NCBI RefSeq assembly: GCF_009914755.1
Contig: NC_060936.1
DNA: 64,000 nt
From: the human T2T-CHM13v2.0 reference genome, Homo sapiens
Strand: one strand, 5' to 3'
Each line of letters opens with the position of its first letter. Within the stretch, counting starts at the first letter, position 1. The translations under genes and the position numbers were made by a program. Below are positions 28,351-44,088 of the stretch, one piece after another. The notes beneath the pieces are model-generated. The model saw only the letters and a program-made list of their open reading frames with translations. It had not been told where the DNA came from and did no database searches.

Positions 28351-31067
28351 GTTTCAGTGAGAAGCCAGGAGAACAAATCTCTCTGCTCACTCTGAAGGCT
28401 GTGAGACCCTGAGACCTGGGGAAGCTGGCAAAAGGTAAGAATTATTGTCAAGTCAGTCTCCTGGCTTTCTGCCTGTGGAGTCTAGTTGAGCAAGTGGCGG
28501 GAGTCTTTTTCCTTTCCAAATGTAGATTAGCAGGAAAAAAAGTGTATGTAAATGAGTTCTTGTATAGCGACTTTGGTGTTTTTATTTTTAGTGTGAGTAT
28601 TTTTGTTTTATGATCCCTTCCCTCCATAGATGGTCTTTGTTTTTCTTTGCCTTCATCTTTTGTGTCATTTTGTTATAAAGAGAAAAGCTATAGCACACAG
28701 GCATAGATCCTGTAAACCTGCTGTTCAAGCCAGCCTTGAACTGCTGAGTTCACAGTTCTCATCAGACCAGCTTCTCCTTAGACAAAATTTCCTGTGGGTG
28801 CCCAACACAAAAACTGGATGAGAGATTCTCCTTTTATATTGTTTTGTGTCTTGGGAGCTTGGCTTTGTGACCCAGTGAGGAAGGACGTCTCTTTCTTGTT
28901 TCTGCCACCCAGAGGGGTGCAATTGTCAGGTTGCATCAGTCTGCTAGTCAAAAAGGGTCATAACCCAAGATGCAAAGTTCCAAGCAAGATTCTCTTTGTC
29001 AGGCTGTTCCATCTCTCAGGGGAGTTTATCTTAAGAGGCCCCAGTCCATAAAGGCTTTTGTCATCATAACTTTTGTTGCCTGGAGAGTGCTAAGAAAGCC
29101 CAATCCCAATAATGCCTGCCCAACCAGTGTCACAGATGATCAGATTTCTGACTGGAGGCACTCCATGTGGCACCCCATGTGTCCATAGGAGTCTGGAATC
29201 ACTGTATTCACAGATACAATCCTTAACTGTTTGTGGTAATGAAAAGTTTCTTTGCTTTCTTTTTCTGTCTCTGGGAGTAAACTTTCTAAATTGGTGGCAG
29301 GGCTGCATCTTGTGCACCCACTTTGACAATGCCATGGTATTCTAAATCTGAAAAGTTACCTCCATGTCTTTCCATGAAGAAGGATTATTGGTTTTAGTCA
29401 CTTTTGGAATAAATTGGCTATGTTTTAAAAGATGTTTTTGAGAAGTTTTTTTTAATGAAAGATAAAATTAAAAAGAGGATACAAAGAAATGTAATGGCTA
29501 ACTTTAGAGAATTTCTTGGCAAAATTAAAAGCAGAAATCAGTTAAAATTCATAAATTCCCTTCCTCTAAGCTGAAGATCTTTTGGATCTCTGAGCCCCTG
29601 GTTTAAAATTTCCTTCCTCTGAATCTAGCTCTATTTCCTCAGGAAATTTCTATAGCTCCAGAGAAAAGCATTTATAAGAATTCTTTTGAATAAATTTACA
29701 AGAATTAGTTTAAATTAATTGTTTTGAATTGGTCTGACTCTTGATTTTTGGGGTACCCATTTGTTAGTGATCCTTTTTTCTCCTATGAACAGCTTTTGTT
29801 TCCCTGTTTATCTTAGCAACTGATGTCTTTTTAAAAACTCTCTCTATTTTGGGGATACAGGTTATGGGAACTTTGTGTATAGGCTACCAACGAAAAGGTT
29901 GAGAGCTCTAAGAATATGGCTGAACAGAAATGTGAGTGGTGCCTCATTTACGGCTAAGTACACTAACTGTTGAAGCTTTTCTTTCTTTTTGCCTATTTTT
30001 GGGATCTTGAAAGGGCTGAATCTTTTTGCTTTCTCTTAGGAAACCTTGGCTAAAGCCATGAAAAGACTTAATAATTTTGCCTTGCATATTAGTTTTGGTC
30101 TTGAGTCACTTGTAGATATACCTTTGGTTTAGTACTTTGGTTTATATTCAGAGTGTGATAGGATTTTTTTTGTCTTCTCTCCTAAGCTAAAATGGAACCC
30201 TATACTCAGAATGTAAGAATCAAGTTTATTAAAATATTTCAAAGATGAACAGCTCTAAATCTAAAACAGATAAATCTTTTGATTTACATTTTAGTGGGAA
30301 ATCTTCTCCTAGTTTAAAAAAAAAACAGCATAAAGATAAAGCAATTAGACAGATCGGTCAGTCTCTTGGTATCATTCAATCTGCATCCCAATTCTTTGAA
30401 GAGTTAAAAGCAACTGTTAGGGTTTTACAAATTGAGACTTTTACAAAAACAGGAATATACGTTTAGAGGCAATTTGAAGCCTACTTATTTTTATCAACCC
30501 CAAAACCTCAGCTATCCATCTCAGGATGCCTGCAGATACTGTAAAATGTCAGAATATTGGATCTTAAATTATCCTGCACTTGAGATAATGAAGGAAATAT
30601 AATTTTAAAAAGAGCTCTGTGGTCAGAAGTCAGCTTAATTCAAAACTGATATTCAGGCTATATTTTTTTGTTTGTTTGTTTGTTTTGTTTTGTTTGGAAC
30701 TCTGATTCTCTCTATAGGATCCTGCTTTTCCAATGTGAACATCTCAGTCAACTGAATTTCTCTTTTCTCCAAGCCATGCTAACTATATACTCTGCTCTCT
30801 ATTTATACTTTATTTGCTGCAATGATTTTTGCTGAGGATAATATAAAACTTCATTGGCCTCTTTTGGAGACTCAAGATCTTTCCAAACTGGCTCCTCTAT
30901 AAGACTTGTTCTTTCATTTCCTTCTGCTCCTCCTTCCTTTTGCCACCTTCAATCTTCCATCTGGTTCCCTTGAATCCTTGATATGTTCCCCTTCAAGCCC
31001 CTGCTTTCTTCATTTGGTGGGCAATGAATGAAAATTACTAAGAGGATACCTGAGGGGAGTAAGAAGT

Positions 31068-31330
<263 letters not shown>

Positions 31331-31879
31331 GATTCACATATCCATAACCAAATGTAGTTAGACTTCTGAACCTTCTCTAGGTCCATCTGTGTATTTCTTT
31401 GTAAAATTCTGCAATGAAATTCTATAATTTTATGTTACCTGGGCATCCATTTTAAATCCTCCTCTATGTCTGACCTTACTGACACAACCTAAACTTCTTC
31501 TTGGAAAAACTTGCATTATTTTCTCTTCGCCTTTGATATGTTGATTTCCTATCGCATCTTCTCTAGAACTTAGTAGCTATCTTTTGGAAATAAATTTCAG
31601 GGTAATGACTCACCAGAAAAATTAAGTCATTTAAAAATTGACCAAATAAAAAATATTGAAGGCTTTTTTACTATTAGTAAAGGGCTTTAGCCATGTGAGC
31701 AGGTTCACTTAACTTGCAAAAGCACAATTTAGATGCAACTGTTCTTTATAAACTATTGAGTTGTATGTTATTTTACCTGTCTCATAGCTAAAATTTGTTA
31801 AATGAAACCTATAAGACCTTTGTTTATGTCTGTCTGTATTTTTATGTACACATGTGTACATATTTTGTTGTGTCAACAA

Positions 31880-33873
31880 TGAACCCATCTTTACAGAATT
31901 ATGATGGCAAGAGAAATATGACATAGTTAACTCTATCTTGCTTCTAACCTCTAAGCTGTCCTTGCCATGCCTGGGGATAGGCCAAGCCAACTTTGGAAGA
32001 AATTTAGTTTATAGTTTCACTTTAAAGCAAGGCCGATAATAGCTACTCCCAAAACTAAAAGGTCTTTGTAAAAGTAATGAAAGTACACAAGGTTAAGATT
32101 ATGAGAGGGGCCTTTATTTTGTTAAGATGCAGACATAGGTAAATAATAAGCAGACATTCTTCCAGAAGAGAAAGTCAAGCCTGCTGCAGAATTTTGCATA
32201 AGTAATGAGGAGCTAAATGTTAATCAACAAGACAATGGGGAAAATGTCTCCAGGGCATGTTAGAGACCTGTGCAACAACCCCTCCCATCACAGGCCCAGA
32301 GGTTTAGGAAGAAAAAATGGTTGTGTGGGCCAGGCCCAGGGTCCCTCTGCTGTGTGCAGTCTAGGCACTTGGTGCCCTGCATTCCAGCTGTTCCAGCCAT
32401 GACTAAAAGGGGCCAAGGTACAGCTTGGGCTGTTGCTTCAGAAGGTAGAAGTCCCAAGCATTGGCATCTTTCATGCAGTGTTGAGCCTGTGGGTGTACAA
32501 AAGTCAGGAACTGAGATCTGGGGACCTCTGCCTAGGTTTCAGAGGATGTATGGAAATTCCTGGATGCCCAGGCAGAAGTTTGCTTCAGGGGGGTCCCTCA
32601 TGGATAACCTCTGCTAGGGCAATGCAGAAGGGAAATGTGGGGTCAGAGTTCCTACACAGAGTCCCTCCTGGGGCATCACCTAGTGGAGCTATGAGAAGAG
32701 GGCCACTCTCCTCCAGACCCCAGAATGGTTGATACACTGACAGCTTGCACTGTGTGTCTGGAAAAGCCGCAGACACTCAATGCCAGCCCATAAAAGCAGT
32801 CAGGAGGGAGGTTATACCCTACAAAGCCACAGGGGCAGAGCTGCCCAAGGCAGTGGGAGCCCACCTCTCACACTAGTGTGATCTGGATGTCAGACATGGA
32901 GTTAAAGGAGATAATTTTAGAGCTTTAGGATTTGACTGTCTCACTGGATTTTGGACTTGCATGATGAATATAGCCCCTCTGTTTTGGCCAATTTCTCCTA
33001 TTCAGAATGTCTGTATTTATCAAATGCCTACACCCCCATTGTATCCAGGAAGTAACTAACTTGCTTTTGATTTTACAGGCTCATAGGTGGAAGAGACTTG
33101 TCTTGTCTTAGCTGAGACTTTAGACTGTGGACTTTTGAGTTAATGCTGAAATGAGTTAAGACTTTGGGGGACTGTTGGGAAGGCAGTCTTGGTTTTGAAA
33201 CGTGAGGACATGAGATTTGGGAGGGGTGAGGGGAGGAATGATATGGTTTGGCTCTATGTCCCCATCTAAAACTCTTCTTATAGCTTCCATAATTCCACAT
33301 GTTGTGGGAGGGACCTGGTGGGAGATAGTTGAATCATGGAGGTGGGACTTTCCCATGCTTTTCTGCTGTTCTTGTGCTAGTGAATGAATCTCACAAAACT
33401 GATGTTTTTAAAAATAGGAGTTTCCTTGCACAAGCTCTCTCTCTCTCTTTGCCCACTGCCATTCATGTAAGACATGACTTTTCCTTTTGCCTTCCACCAC
33501 GATTGTGAAGCTTCCCCAGTCATGTGGAACTGTAAGCCCATTAAAGCTCTTTGTTTTGTAAATTGCCTAGTCTTTGGTATGTCTTTATCAGCAGCATGAA
33601 AATGAACTACTACAGTACACAAGGACCATTTTTCATATTTCAATAATGATGGCATTCTCAACCAATCAGCATCACTAATTCCCTAGTCCCCCTTCCACCA
33701 AACTGTCCTTGAAAATCTCTAACCTCCACAGGGAGATTGATTTGAGTCATAACTTCATCTACGTGGCTTGGCTAGCTTCACATCAATTAAACTCTTTCTT
33801 TACTGCAGGGCCATGGACTGACTGATTTTGTTTTGCCTGTCCATCAGGCAGGACAAACAATTAAGTAATTACA
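31880..33873 (+). mobile_element. LTR8-family solo LTR (31880-~32160 and ~33615-33873) split by a THE1 element
   Basis: ACTCTATCTTGCTTCTAACCTCTAAGCTGTCCTTG at the 5' end; GGGAGATTGATTTGAGTCATAAC…AATTAAACTCTTTCTTTACTGC…TTACA at the 3' end. Confidence 0.75.
32165..33614 (+). mobile_element. THE1(B-like) internal 3' part plus 3' LTR (33239-33614); 5' LTR absent
   Basis: THE1-int homologous to 10925-12486 in the opposite orientation; LTR TGATATGGTTTGG…GAACTACTACA. Confidence 0.88.
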
Positions 33874-33907
33874 ACATGGTTTGGAATCTCTTCACAAAAT
33901 CCTATTA

Positions 33908-34110
33908 TTGGAGGGTGGGAAGAGGGGGAGAAGCAAAAAAAAAAAAAAAAAAAAAAACTGTTGGATACTAGGCTTAGTACTTGTGTGATGAAATAATCTG
34001 TACAACAAAACCCTGTGACAAAAATTTACCCATATAACAAAGCTGCACATGTTCCCCTGAATCTAAAATAAAAGTCAAAACAAAGTTAAAATAAAAAGTT
34101 AAAAAAAGAA
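33908..34110 (+). mobile_element. Short 3'-end L1 (older L1PA/L1PB) insertion
   Basis: GTGATGAAATAATCTGTACAACAAAACCCTGTGAC…CCCCTGAATCTAAAATAAAAG plus A-rich tail. Confidence 0.85.
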
Positions 34111-36444
34111 ATATGTGCCTAGTATTCTTTTGTTGTTTCTAACATGTTATTTTAATAGGAACAAAAATTCTATTAAAATTGTTTTAAAGATAAATGAGCA
34201 CTCATAAATTAAATACTCCTGAAACTGCTAAAAATATAGGAACTAACAAATGCTTTGCAAGCCCATGTGACTTGGGTAAATCTTTGGCAAATAATAATAG
34301 TGTTGGTTTACTTAAAACAGGCATATCTGTCAGCATTAAATATAATGCAGAAACACGATATTTACCTCTATTAGGTGTTTAAGATAAAAAAGGTATGAGT
34401 TTAATCTAAGAACAAAAGTGTGAATAAGAATACAGCACAACATCCACCACTTCATACATATTAAGTGCAGTGGTAAATCAGAAATCAACTGAATCAACTA
34501 GTTGAATCAACTAGTATTCAACTCTAGTCTTCTTTGTTTGGTTCAATAAATATCTAAATCATTTCCAAATAAAATACTAAACCATCAGTTGCTAAATATA
34601 AGTTTATTTACTTTTGGCTTATTAAGTTTTATAGAAAAACAAAAATAATTGGATGTGTTAAACATGAAAAACTGTTCTACAAATAGCCCATGTTTCTAGA
34701 AATCATGAAATTTATATTCATAAAATGTTGGTACATGACAGCTCAAAATTGCTTACTTCATAGGTTTTCATTGGAAATTAGGGTTACTAACACTTAAAAA
34801 TCTAATATGTAATTAGAAGTACTAAATAGAAGAGAAACAATATTGTATGCAATGTATACAAGGAGAGTAAACTAAAAAGTGATAAGGTATACAAATGTGT
34901 TTTTGTTGAGAAAGTAATTTTGTCTAGTTTGGAGGTTCAGAATGAATAAAGTAACAAATGATATACATAACACTGAATGAATATGGAAGTTGTAGAGAGT
35001 TTATAGAAGATACATCTTATAAAAGGAATTTTATGTGTGATCAAGCTTGCTAAGATTAGAAAAAAATTATAAGCTTTTCTGAAAATGGGCCTTAATACAG
35101 AAGTACACTGATGCAAAACTAGAAATTGGTCTTCTCTTTTAAACAAGATTTCTTTGTAGCATTCATGATATAGCAAAATACTTTTGTTGAGTTTTTGATT
35201 TTGATTAATCAAAAAGACATTTGTTATTTCATCAAGATGATTCCTTGTGCTTCATGTTTTCTTTATTAGGTCTTTGATTACTTAGGAAAACAGTTGTCTT
35301 TATTAAAAAGTTAAAGTTTTTTTCCTACAACTGTGTAACTTTCTTCATTTGCTTTTCAAATCTTTTAATTATCACTTTGGTTAAATAAATGATTACTGTT
35401 TTACAGTGACTTCTGAACCTGTTTTGATCAAGTGTTTAAAATCTTTATTGTGATCAAACAGTTTTAAAAAACTGAGGTTGACTTTATATAGCCAATAAAG
35501 CACCCTTTAAAAATTGGCCTGGTACCTTCAATACATGGCTCTCTTACAAGTTTCCTAGCCTTGTAGTAAGTAAAAGATTGTCACTTCCAGAGAGTCTCAA
35601 GAACCTCATATTAGGGGGACTACAAGATGGGAAGTATTCACTCAGATGAAGGAATTCACTACAGCTGAAATTTGATGGTGAATCATTGCCTTGCCTTCCT
35701 AGCCTGGAGAGGCTTTTAAGAGTCATAGCTGAGATTCCTTCTTGAAAGTTTCAGTCAAGCAGACTTAAAACCTTATGTGACCAATCACTATTCTTGCTGC
35801 ACTTATGTAAATAATCAGGCCAAATTTAAAGAGAGTAGAACTATTTTTACAAATAAGTTAGTTTCTCCGTGATAATTTTTGGTAAAAATGGGGGATTATG
35901 TAGAAAGAAAATTATGTTTCAGAAAGAAAAAGTACAGTGTGCTTGTTATGAGATTCTAGTACCCTGCTTTTGAGATTTTATTATTTACCTTCAATCTGGA
36001 CTGGATTCTTAATTTTTTCAGTTTCCTCCAATACCTGGCAGCAACTCTCCAAACTAACATTTTCAATTTTTCTCCCATTTTGTTAATTTCTAATCACCGA
36101 AGCTAAAACTGACATTATCATGATGCCATGCAAGCTAAAGCTTGTCAACCTGATAAATAAACTCCAGAGAAATAACGTCTTAAAACCTGTCAGATTGACA
36201 CTACCTGCCCCTACTCAGATTGAAGATATTTTGAGCCCAGAATCTAGAAATCCTTTCAACTGGCTACCCTCTGGACTCAGGAACTAGTGTGTAGACTGGT
36301 CCAAACACTAATGTTGGTTTTTCCTTTGTTTCCTTAGAAATGCCTCTTCAGTGGGTTATTGGACATTTTTGTAAGGTTCAGCCTCATATCCTTTATTCTA
36401 AGCCTTTTCTCTATTTCTTTGCAACCCTAGTTTTTGTCCATTCC

Positions 36445-37140
36445 CCAGTATTTTGTCAAATATTGATTCTTCCTCATTTTTCTCTTTCCTGTCCTTTTGG
36501 AGCCCCTATTACACATTTTAAAATCTTTTCCCCTAAACTTACATATTTCTGCAATCATTTTCCATGTTTTCTATAATTTTGTTGTTTTTGCTTATCTATA
36601 GGTGTTTTTTCCAGATCTCTTTTTCATTTCATAATTTTATTTCTGCTACCAGGTTTAATAAGCAGCTAAACATTCATAAAGTTCTTAAATTCAGTTCTGT
36701 AATGTTTTCTGTTAAATTTCAGAATAAATTCACAGTTGTTCTTGGTTGGGAATGAAGCAAATGTTAATCTAAGACAAGGTTGTCTGTTCCTGCAGGAATA
36801 TAAATAAATGAATGACTATTCTATACCTGCACCTTTTCATTTTTGACCAACAAATACAGTGAATTGTCAATTTGATTTTTTGATATTTGTTTGGGGAGTT
36901 TTGCAATTATGAGATTAATCCCACATGGTCATGTTGTATTTTTGTTTAATACATTGTTAAATCCCATTGTTATTATTTTTAAGATTCTTGCGATAATCAT
37001 TTTTAGATTATAGTTACCCTTGTCAGTCTGGTTTTGTAAAATAAATTTCAAAGCTTTTTCCTTCTCTATGCTTTTGGAAAGTGTACATAGTAGTAAAGAC
37101 ACAATAGAGTATCTTAATTTTTGAAGGTGAGAACTGGGAG
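36445..37140 (-). mobile_element. Highly degenerate L1M fragments
   Basis: T-rich antisense-L1-like composition and motifs; weak. Confidence 0.4.
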
Positions 37141-37156
37141 CCCTGAATATCTAGAG

Positions 37157-37235
37157 CAGTGGTTCTCAACCAGGGGCAATTTCCCCCCTACCTCCATGAA
37201 ACATCTGCCAATGACTGAAAACATATTTGATTGTA
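37157..37235 (+). mobile_element. MER20 (hAT-Charlie) 5' fragment
   Basis: CAGTGGTTCTCAACCAGGGGCAATTTCCCCC preceded by hAT-type target ATCTAGAG. Confidence 0.75.
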
Positions 37236-38550
<1,315 letters not shown>

Positions 38551-38559
38551 AAACATTTG

Positions 38560-39300
38560 TAATGGAAGAAAACAGGTAGAAAAAGGAGAGGAAATTGAAA
38601 TATTTTGCACGTATTTGTTAAAATTATAGTATTAATATTGATTCATTTTCCTTCAGGTGTGTTGGGTGTTGCAAGTGAAAGAGTAGCTAAAGACATCTCC
38701 CAGATTCTGGACTAGGAAAACTATATGAATAGCTGTGACATTAGACAAAATAAAGAATACAGGATAAAGAACAGATTGTTTGTCAATATGATAGATTTGC
38801 ATCTAGTTTTATTGATATAGAGGCTCGACTGGAACTATACAGTGTGCAGTATGATTAAAAGATCTAGTATAATTTTTAAAATAGTACTTAAGAGGAGATG
38901 TGATCACAATTAGTGACTTATAGAAGACAGTAGAGAAATTGATCTTGTTGAACGCTAACACTTACAGTATTAACAAAAACAGAGGGGAAACCCTCAGAAG
39001 ATTTTGTAAAGGAGTGGTCAGGGAGGTAGGAAGAAACCAGAGAAGAATGTTGATACACAACGCAAAGAAGGAAAATTTCAAAGAGAAGGTATTGGTAAAT
39101 ATTAGTATCAGAAATTAGTATCAAATAATAGTATCATATACATCAAAAATTGAATTAGGTCTGTACTTTTTAACTATGTAGCATCTAAAAATTCTGGGAG
39201 AGCAACTTCCATGTTTGGTAGATTCAAGTGGTAGTGGTTTGAATGGGAGGTTAGAAAGTGCCTTAGAGCTGTTAACATTGCTGTAAAGGAAGGATAAAGA
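38560..39300 (-). mobile_element. L2 fragments
   Basis: Purine-rich antisense L2-like motifs (AGGAGTGGTCAGGGAGGTAGGAAGAAACCAGAG). Confidence 0.55.
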
Positions 39301-40379
39301 ATAATGGTTCTAGTAAAGAATATGGGTGTCAACCAGGGTAGATGAAAAATCAAGCATAAATGATTGCATAACTTTGCTACGTATATTAGCCTTTAATAGC
39401 AAAATGGTTTTTAGGTAAAATGCTACTTCCTTTCAAAATCTAAAAAAAAAAAAAAATCTTATTTCCTTAAGTTACTTTTCTCATTTATATCTTTAAATTA
39501 TGTATAAAATTTGTTGTTTTGATTGTAATGCTTCTTCCTGGCCTTTGCCAGAGAAATGTGCTAGGATATAGCACATTTAAATGATTTTAATGCTACATTC
39601 CAAGTTCTTCACAGAGATAACCCATTGTTTTTAATCTATTACACACTGGGAAAGGGAGTGAAAAAGTAGAATGTAAACTGATGTATTTTTCTACAGCATT
39701 TTTAATTTTCAAAGATTGGTTCAATAGCACCTAATTGCAGCATTTCCCACAACAGAATTTGAAAAGTGCAAACTCACGGGATTTTTTTGAGTCCTAAGGG
39801 TGATTACAAGAATGAAGAAAATCCCAATGGGCAGTTTATCATCATTATAGATTTAATGTACAATGTTCTACTGGTATGATATAAACAAAAATAGGAAAAT
39901 GCAGTCTTCTCTTGATTAGCCATGTGCAGATTGTTTTGTGGGTTGTAGTCACAAATGTTTATTCCCAGTAGCCAACATCCTTGAGCGCTCTCACATTCTT
40001 ACAGGGCTTGTGCTGCTGGGCAAAAAAAAATGCATTTTAATACTAATTTTAATATGAGAAACTTGATTAGCAAGATAAATCAGTTCACTATATATGTTTT
40101 TAAGACAGTTATATTTTGCATTATTGATAAAATGTTTTTTCCTCTGTGTGTGTGTATGTGTCCTATATATTTAATATATTTGATGCCAGAAACTTTCACC
40201 AAGAGATCTGGCTACTGGGAAACACCATCGCTGTGAAAACAAGCCATTATTTGATTTTTGTCTGTTTCCCCTACTTGGTTGTATGACTTGAGGAAAATGA
40301 CTTAACTTCTAAGGGTCTCATTCTCAGATATGAAATTGAGACTGTAGATTACTTTGGGGGTTTTCTAAACTACAAATTA

Positions 40380-40700
40380 GGCTGGGCACAGTGGCTCACA
40401 CCTCTAATGCCAGCACTTTGGGAAACTGAGGTGGGAGGAGTGCTTGAGCCTAGGAGTTTGAGACCAACCTGGGCAACAAACGGAGACATCAAAAAAAAAT
40501 TAAAAATAAAATAAAAATAAAAATAAAAATTAGCCAGGCATGGTGGCACTCACCTATGGTCCCAGCTATTCAGGAGGCTGAGATGAGAGTATTGCTTGAA
40601 TCCAGGAGGTCCCGTGATTGTGCCACTGCACTCCAGCCTGGGCAACAGAGCAAAACACTCTCAGAACAAACAAACAAACAAAAACAAACAGAGCCAAATA
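40380..40700 (+). mobile_element. AluJ with TSD TAAACTACAAATTA, inserted in a MIR (~40235-40770)
   Basis: GTGCTTGAGCCTAGGAGTTTGAGACC; TSD at 40366-40379 and 40701-40714; MIR core TGTATGACTTGAGGAAAATGACTTAACTTCT upstream. Confidence 0.92.
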
Positions 40701-41112
40701 TAAACTACAAATTAGTTAATGCATTCAGGTAAAGTGCTTAACACAGTGCCTAGAATTGAACAGAGTATCTGTTCTTTTATAATCTCACAGTGTGTCAGAA
40801 GCTTTTCCCCTTTAAGAGAATAAAGACATGCTTCTGTTCAGAAAGCTACCAAGAGCTATGCTCCAGAACTACAAGCATTTTTGTAAGGTTCAGCCTTGTA
40901 TCCTTTATTCTAAGCCTTTTCTCTATTTCTTTGTAACTCTAGTTTTTGTCCATTCCTTATTTTCATTATATTCACTATTCATTACGTTCACTGCCTAGTC
41001 TCATGAAACTACTGCTTTATCTCTGGTTATCATCATTCAGATCTCCCTTAGTTCATGCTCTGTGACCTTCATGTTAGTCCTAGCATCATTGCCATATTTG
41101 GATACTAGGATC

Positions 41113-41579
41113 TGTTAAGCAAGAATTATGAGAGACTATTGTTTTGAGCTGATCTTTTGCAATGGGTCCTAATAGACCAGACCAAAGCAAAATGGCATCA
41201 CTTATGCTAAGTGTCACATAATTATACTGAAATTTTAAGAAAGCAGTGGGATCCCCAAACATACCAGTTTTTCCTGAAAACAGTATATTCACAGCACCCA
41301 ATCCAAGAGAGATCAGGCCACCCAAGTCAGTGTAACAAGGAAGTCCCCTGTGCTTTTACCCTTACAAGAAAAGAAACCTGAAATAACCTAATGTGCACAA
41401 TAGCATTTTTTTTCTATTATCCTGTGTTGTTGTTTTTACCTTACAAATCCCACTGTTCTGTCAATTGCCCAGTGGGAGCTTTCATCTATTTGATAGAATA
41501 AAGGCTGCCCAATCCATGAATCATGAATAAAAGCCAACTAGATCTTTAACAAAATTTATTCTAATTTTGTCTTTCAACA
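41113..41579 (+). mobile_element. ERV1 solo LTR (MER31-like)
   Basis: TGTTAAGCAAGAATTATG…AGACCAGACCAAAGCAAAATGG…AATAAAAGCCAA…TCAACA; near-TSD GATC/GATT. Confidence 0.75.
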
Positions 41580-41869
41580 GATTGCAGCCTTAGGCTAGCA
41601 CTATAATCCATCTTTTCAGGAGGGGAGTTTGAATAAGAGTATTATTCAGTGACATGTTTTAATGCAACTTTCACCTATAAGAAAAGAGTCTCGTTGTATT
41701 GGCTTGCTTAACATTTGAGTTTTGAGGATTACTGTACCTACTTAAACAACTCTCTAATTACCACTTCCATTGTCATAAGCTGTGTTTCTCTGTATTATTC
41801 ATAATCTTATAAGCCAGTGCTGATTAATAGGAAAAACTTTGAGGAGGACATATTCATTTTGTTTTCTCA

Positions 41870-43810
41870 ATAAATATTTATTATGCAATTTATATTATGC
41901 CAAGAGCACTGGCTAGTTGTTTATGACTCTTAGCCCGTACTTGCTCATGTATACTCTTCTCTGTATTACTAGAACTAGAAAGCTGCAAATGATATTTCCC
42001 AGCTGATTTTTGGTTAAGCTATGTCACTGGGAAGCCCTGACCAGAGAGTAGATGACAAAAGAGATGTTATTTTAATTTTTGCTGCAGCAGGAGCATAATA
42101 GTCATAGTTAAAGAATTTAGAAAGTTCAGTGTAGCTGGAGTAATGCATGAGTGAGGGGAAATGGTAGTAAGATTCATCAAACAGTACAATAGAGATCAAA
42201 TCATGTATGCAGGGCCTTGGAAGTATTGGTATTGTCTGTAGATTATATTCATGGTGTGATGGGAAGCCAGCAGAAGGCTTGAAGAAGAGGACTGATACAA
42301 TGTTTTATGTGCTAAGAGAGAAATTAGCTGCTTGGTTGAAACTAGTCTATAGGTATGTGGAAATAAGAGCAATATCAAGGAAATCCGTTTGGAGGTTGTA
42401 TCAGTCAGGCTACGTAACAACAGTGCAAAGTGTGCTGTGGCTGGAGGTATTTCTACATGCAGCATTGTAGGTTTTTTCAATTTCATGGCACCACCACACC
42501 AACAGGTGCTTCTACAGTTGCTGAAGAAGGGAAAGAAAGGTCTAGAGAGTCAGCAATGGTAATTAAATGACTTCATTTGGAAATGAAACAGATTATATTT
42601 GTACATATTTTACTTTCTCAGGCAAGTCACATGGCTGAGCAAGAATTTCTGTACCCACAAATAGAGAAGAACCAGATATTGGTTAACAAAAATAATGCCT
42701 CCCACAAAGGCTATTTCAGTATTATTGGAAAAAGATAATGGTAGCAGCAGTGAAGGGGTAGAAAATTGTCAGGACTGATATCTATTGGGGATACATTTTG
42801 ATAGTAGAATTGGAAGATATGCTGATGAATTGCAGATGAGGTGTTAGAGAAATAGAATAGTTAAGAATGACCACAGAATTCAATACTAGAGGAATGTATG
42901 AATGGAGATGTCTTTTACTGTGATGGGGAATTCTTTGGAGTTGCAGATATGGATATGTCAAGTTTGAGGTGACAACTAGGCATTCAAGAAGAGATGTCAT
43001 GAGTATAGCACTTAAGAGGAAATGATTAGGCTTGAGATATAAGTTTGTGAGTCATAAATATTAGATGATGCCTTAGTCTGTTTTCTCTTGCTATAACCGA
43101 ATACCTAAGACAAGGTAATTTATAAACGAAGTATTGATTTCTTATACTTCTGGATGCTGGAAAGCCCGCAGTTGATGGGCTGCATCTGATTAGGGGCTTC
43201 ATGCTGCTGAGGTGGTATGCTATTTCAAGTCTTTCTTTTCTTTTAAAACCACCAATACTATCATGGGAACCCCACCTTGATGGCCTTATCTAATACTAAT
43301 TACCTCTCAAAGACCCCACCTTTTAATACCTTTACAATAGAGATTAAGTTTCAATATGAGTTTTGGAGGAAACTTCGAAACCATAGCAGGTGGCATTTAA
43401 ACAAATAGACACAAAGGTGTAAACGAGGACCAGAAAAGTAACTGGATTTGAGGGTAAGTGAAAAAAAAAAAAGATGTTGAAAGTTACAGAATCTTTTTGT
43501 ATCCATAAGATAGAAGATAATACTTCTCATTGTAACAGTGAGTAGTATAGGAAGAGCTAATGTAGGGTTAAGAAAATGCATTCATATTTTAGCATGTTGA
43601 GAATGAGGTGCCTCTAGATGTTGAGTTTATTAAGGGAGAGAGAAGGGACAAAGAATGGGGACAGAATCTTGAAAAATAATCCATACTCAGAGAGGAAAAA
43701 GGCAATTTAGAGACGTGTTCAATGAGATTGAAAAACCAGTAAGTTGTCGTAGAAATCAAGATAACTAAGAGCTTCATGAAGGAGGATGTGGTTAATAATG
43801 TCAAATGCGG
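41870..43810 (-). mobile_element. L2 fragments with nested MaLR LTR pieces (MLT1 ~42400-42700; MST/MLT1A ~43070-43388)
   Basis: L2 end CAATAAATATTTATTATGC; TGCCTTAGTCTGTTTTCTCTTGCTATAACCGAATACC…AAACCATAGCA MaLR LTR. Confidence 0.65.
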
Positions 43811-44088
43811 TAGTTTGAAATATACAGTAAAATATAGAGAGAGTTTACATTATCTAACACATCGTGAGTTTGGATTATCTATATTTTCTTGTTTTCAAAT
43901 CAGTTGACTTCAGTCAGCTTCAAGTCAAGGTGGTTTCTCTGTTTTATGAAGATTTCAGTGATTCTAGAGTTGTTTAGCTTTTTCAGAGGTTGAGAAGGAA
44001 TAAGAGAGAAAAGCTCATTTTATCTTGCTAGTATAGAAAATCGTATTATTTAGTGTGCAATGGCCATAATAGAAAATGTTTATTGAGC

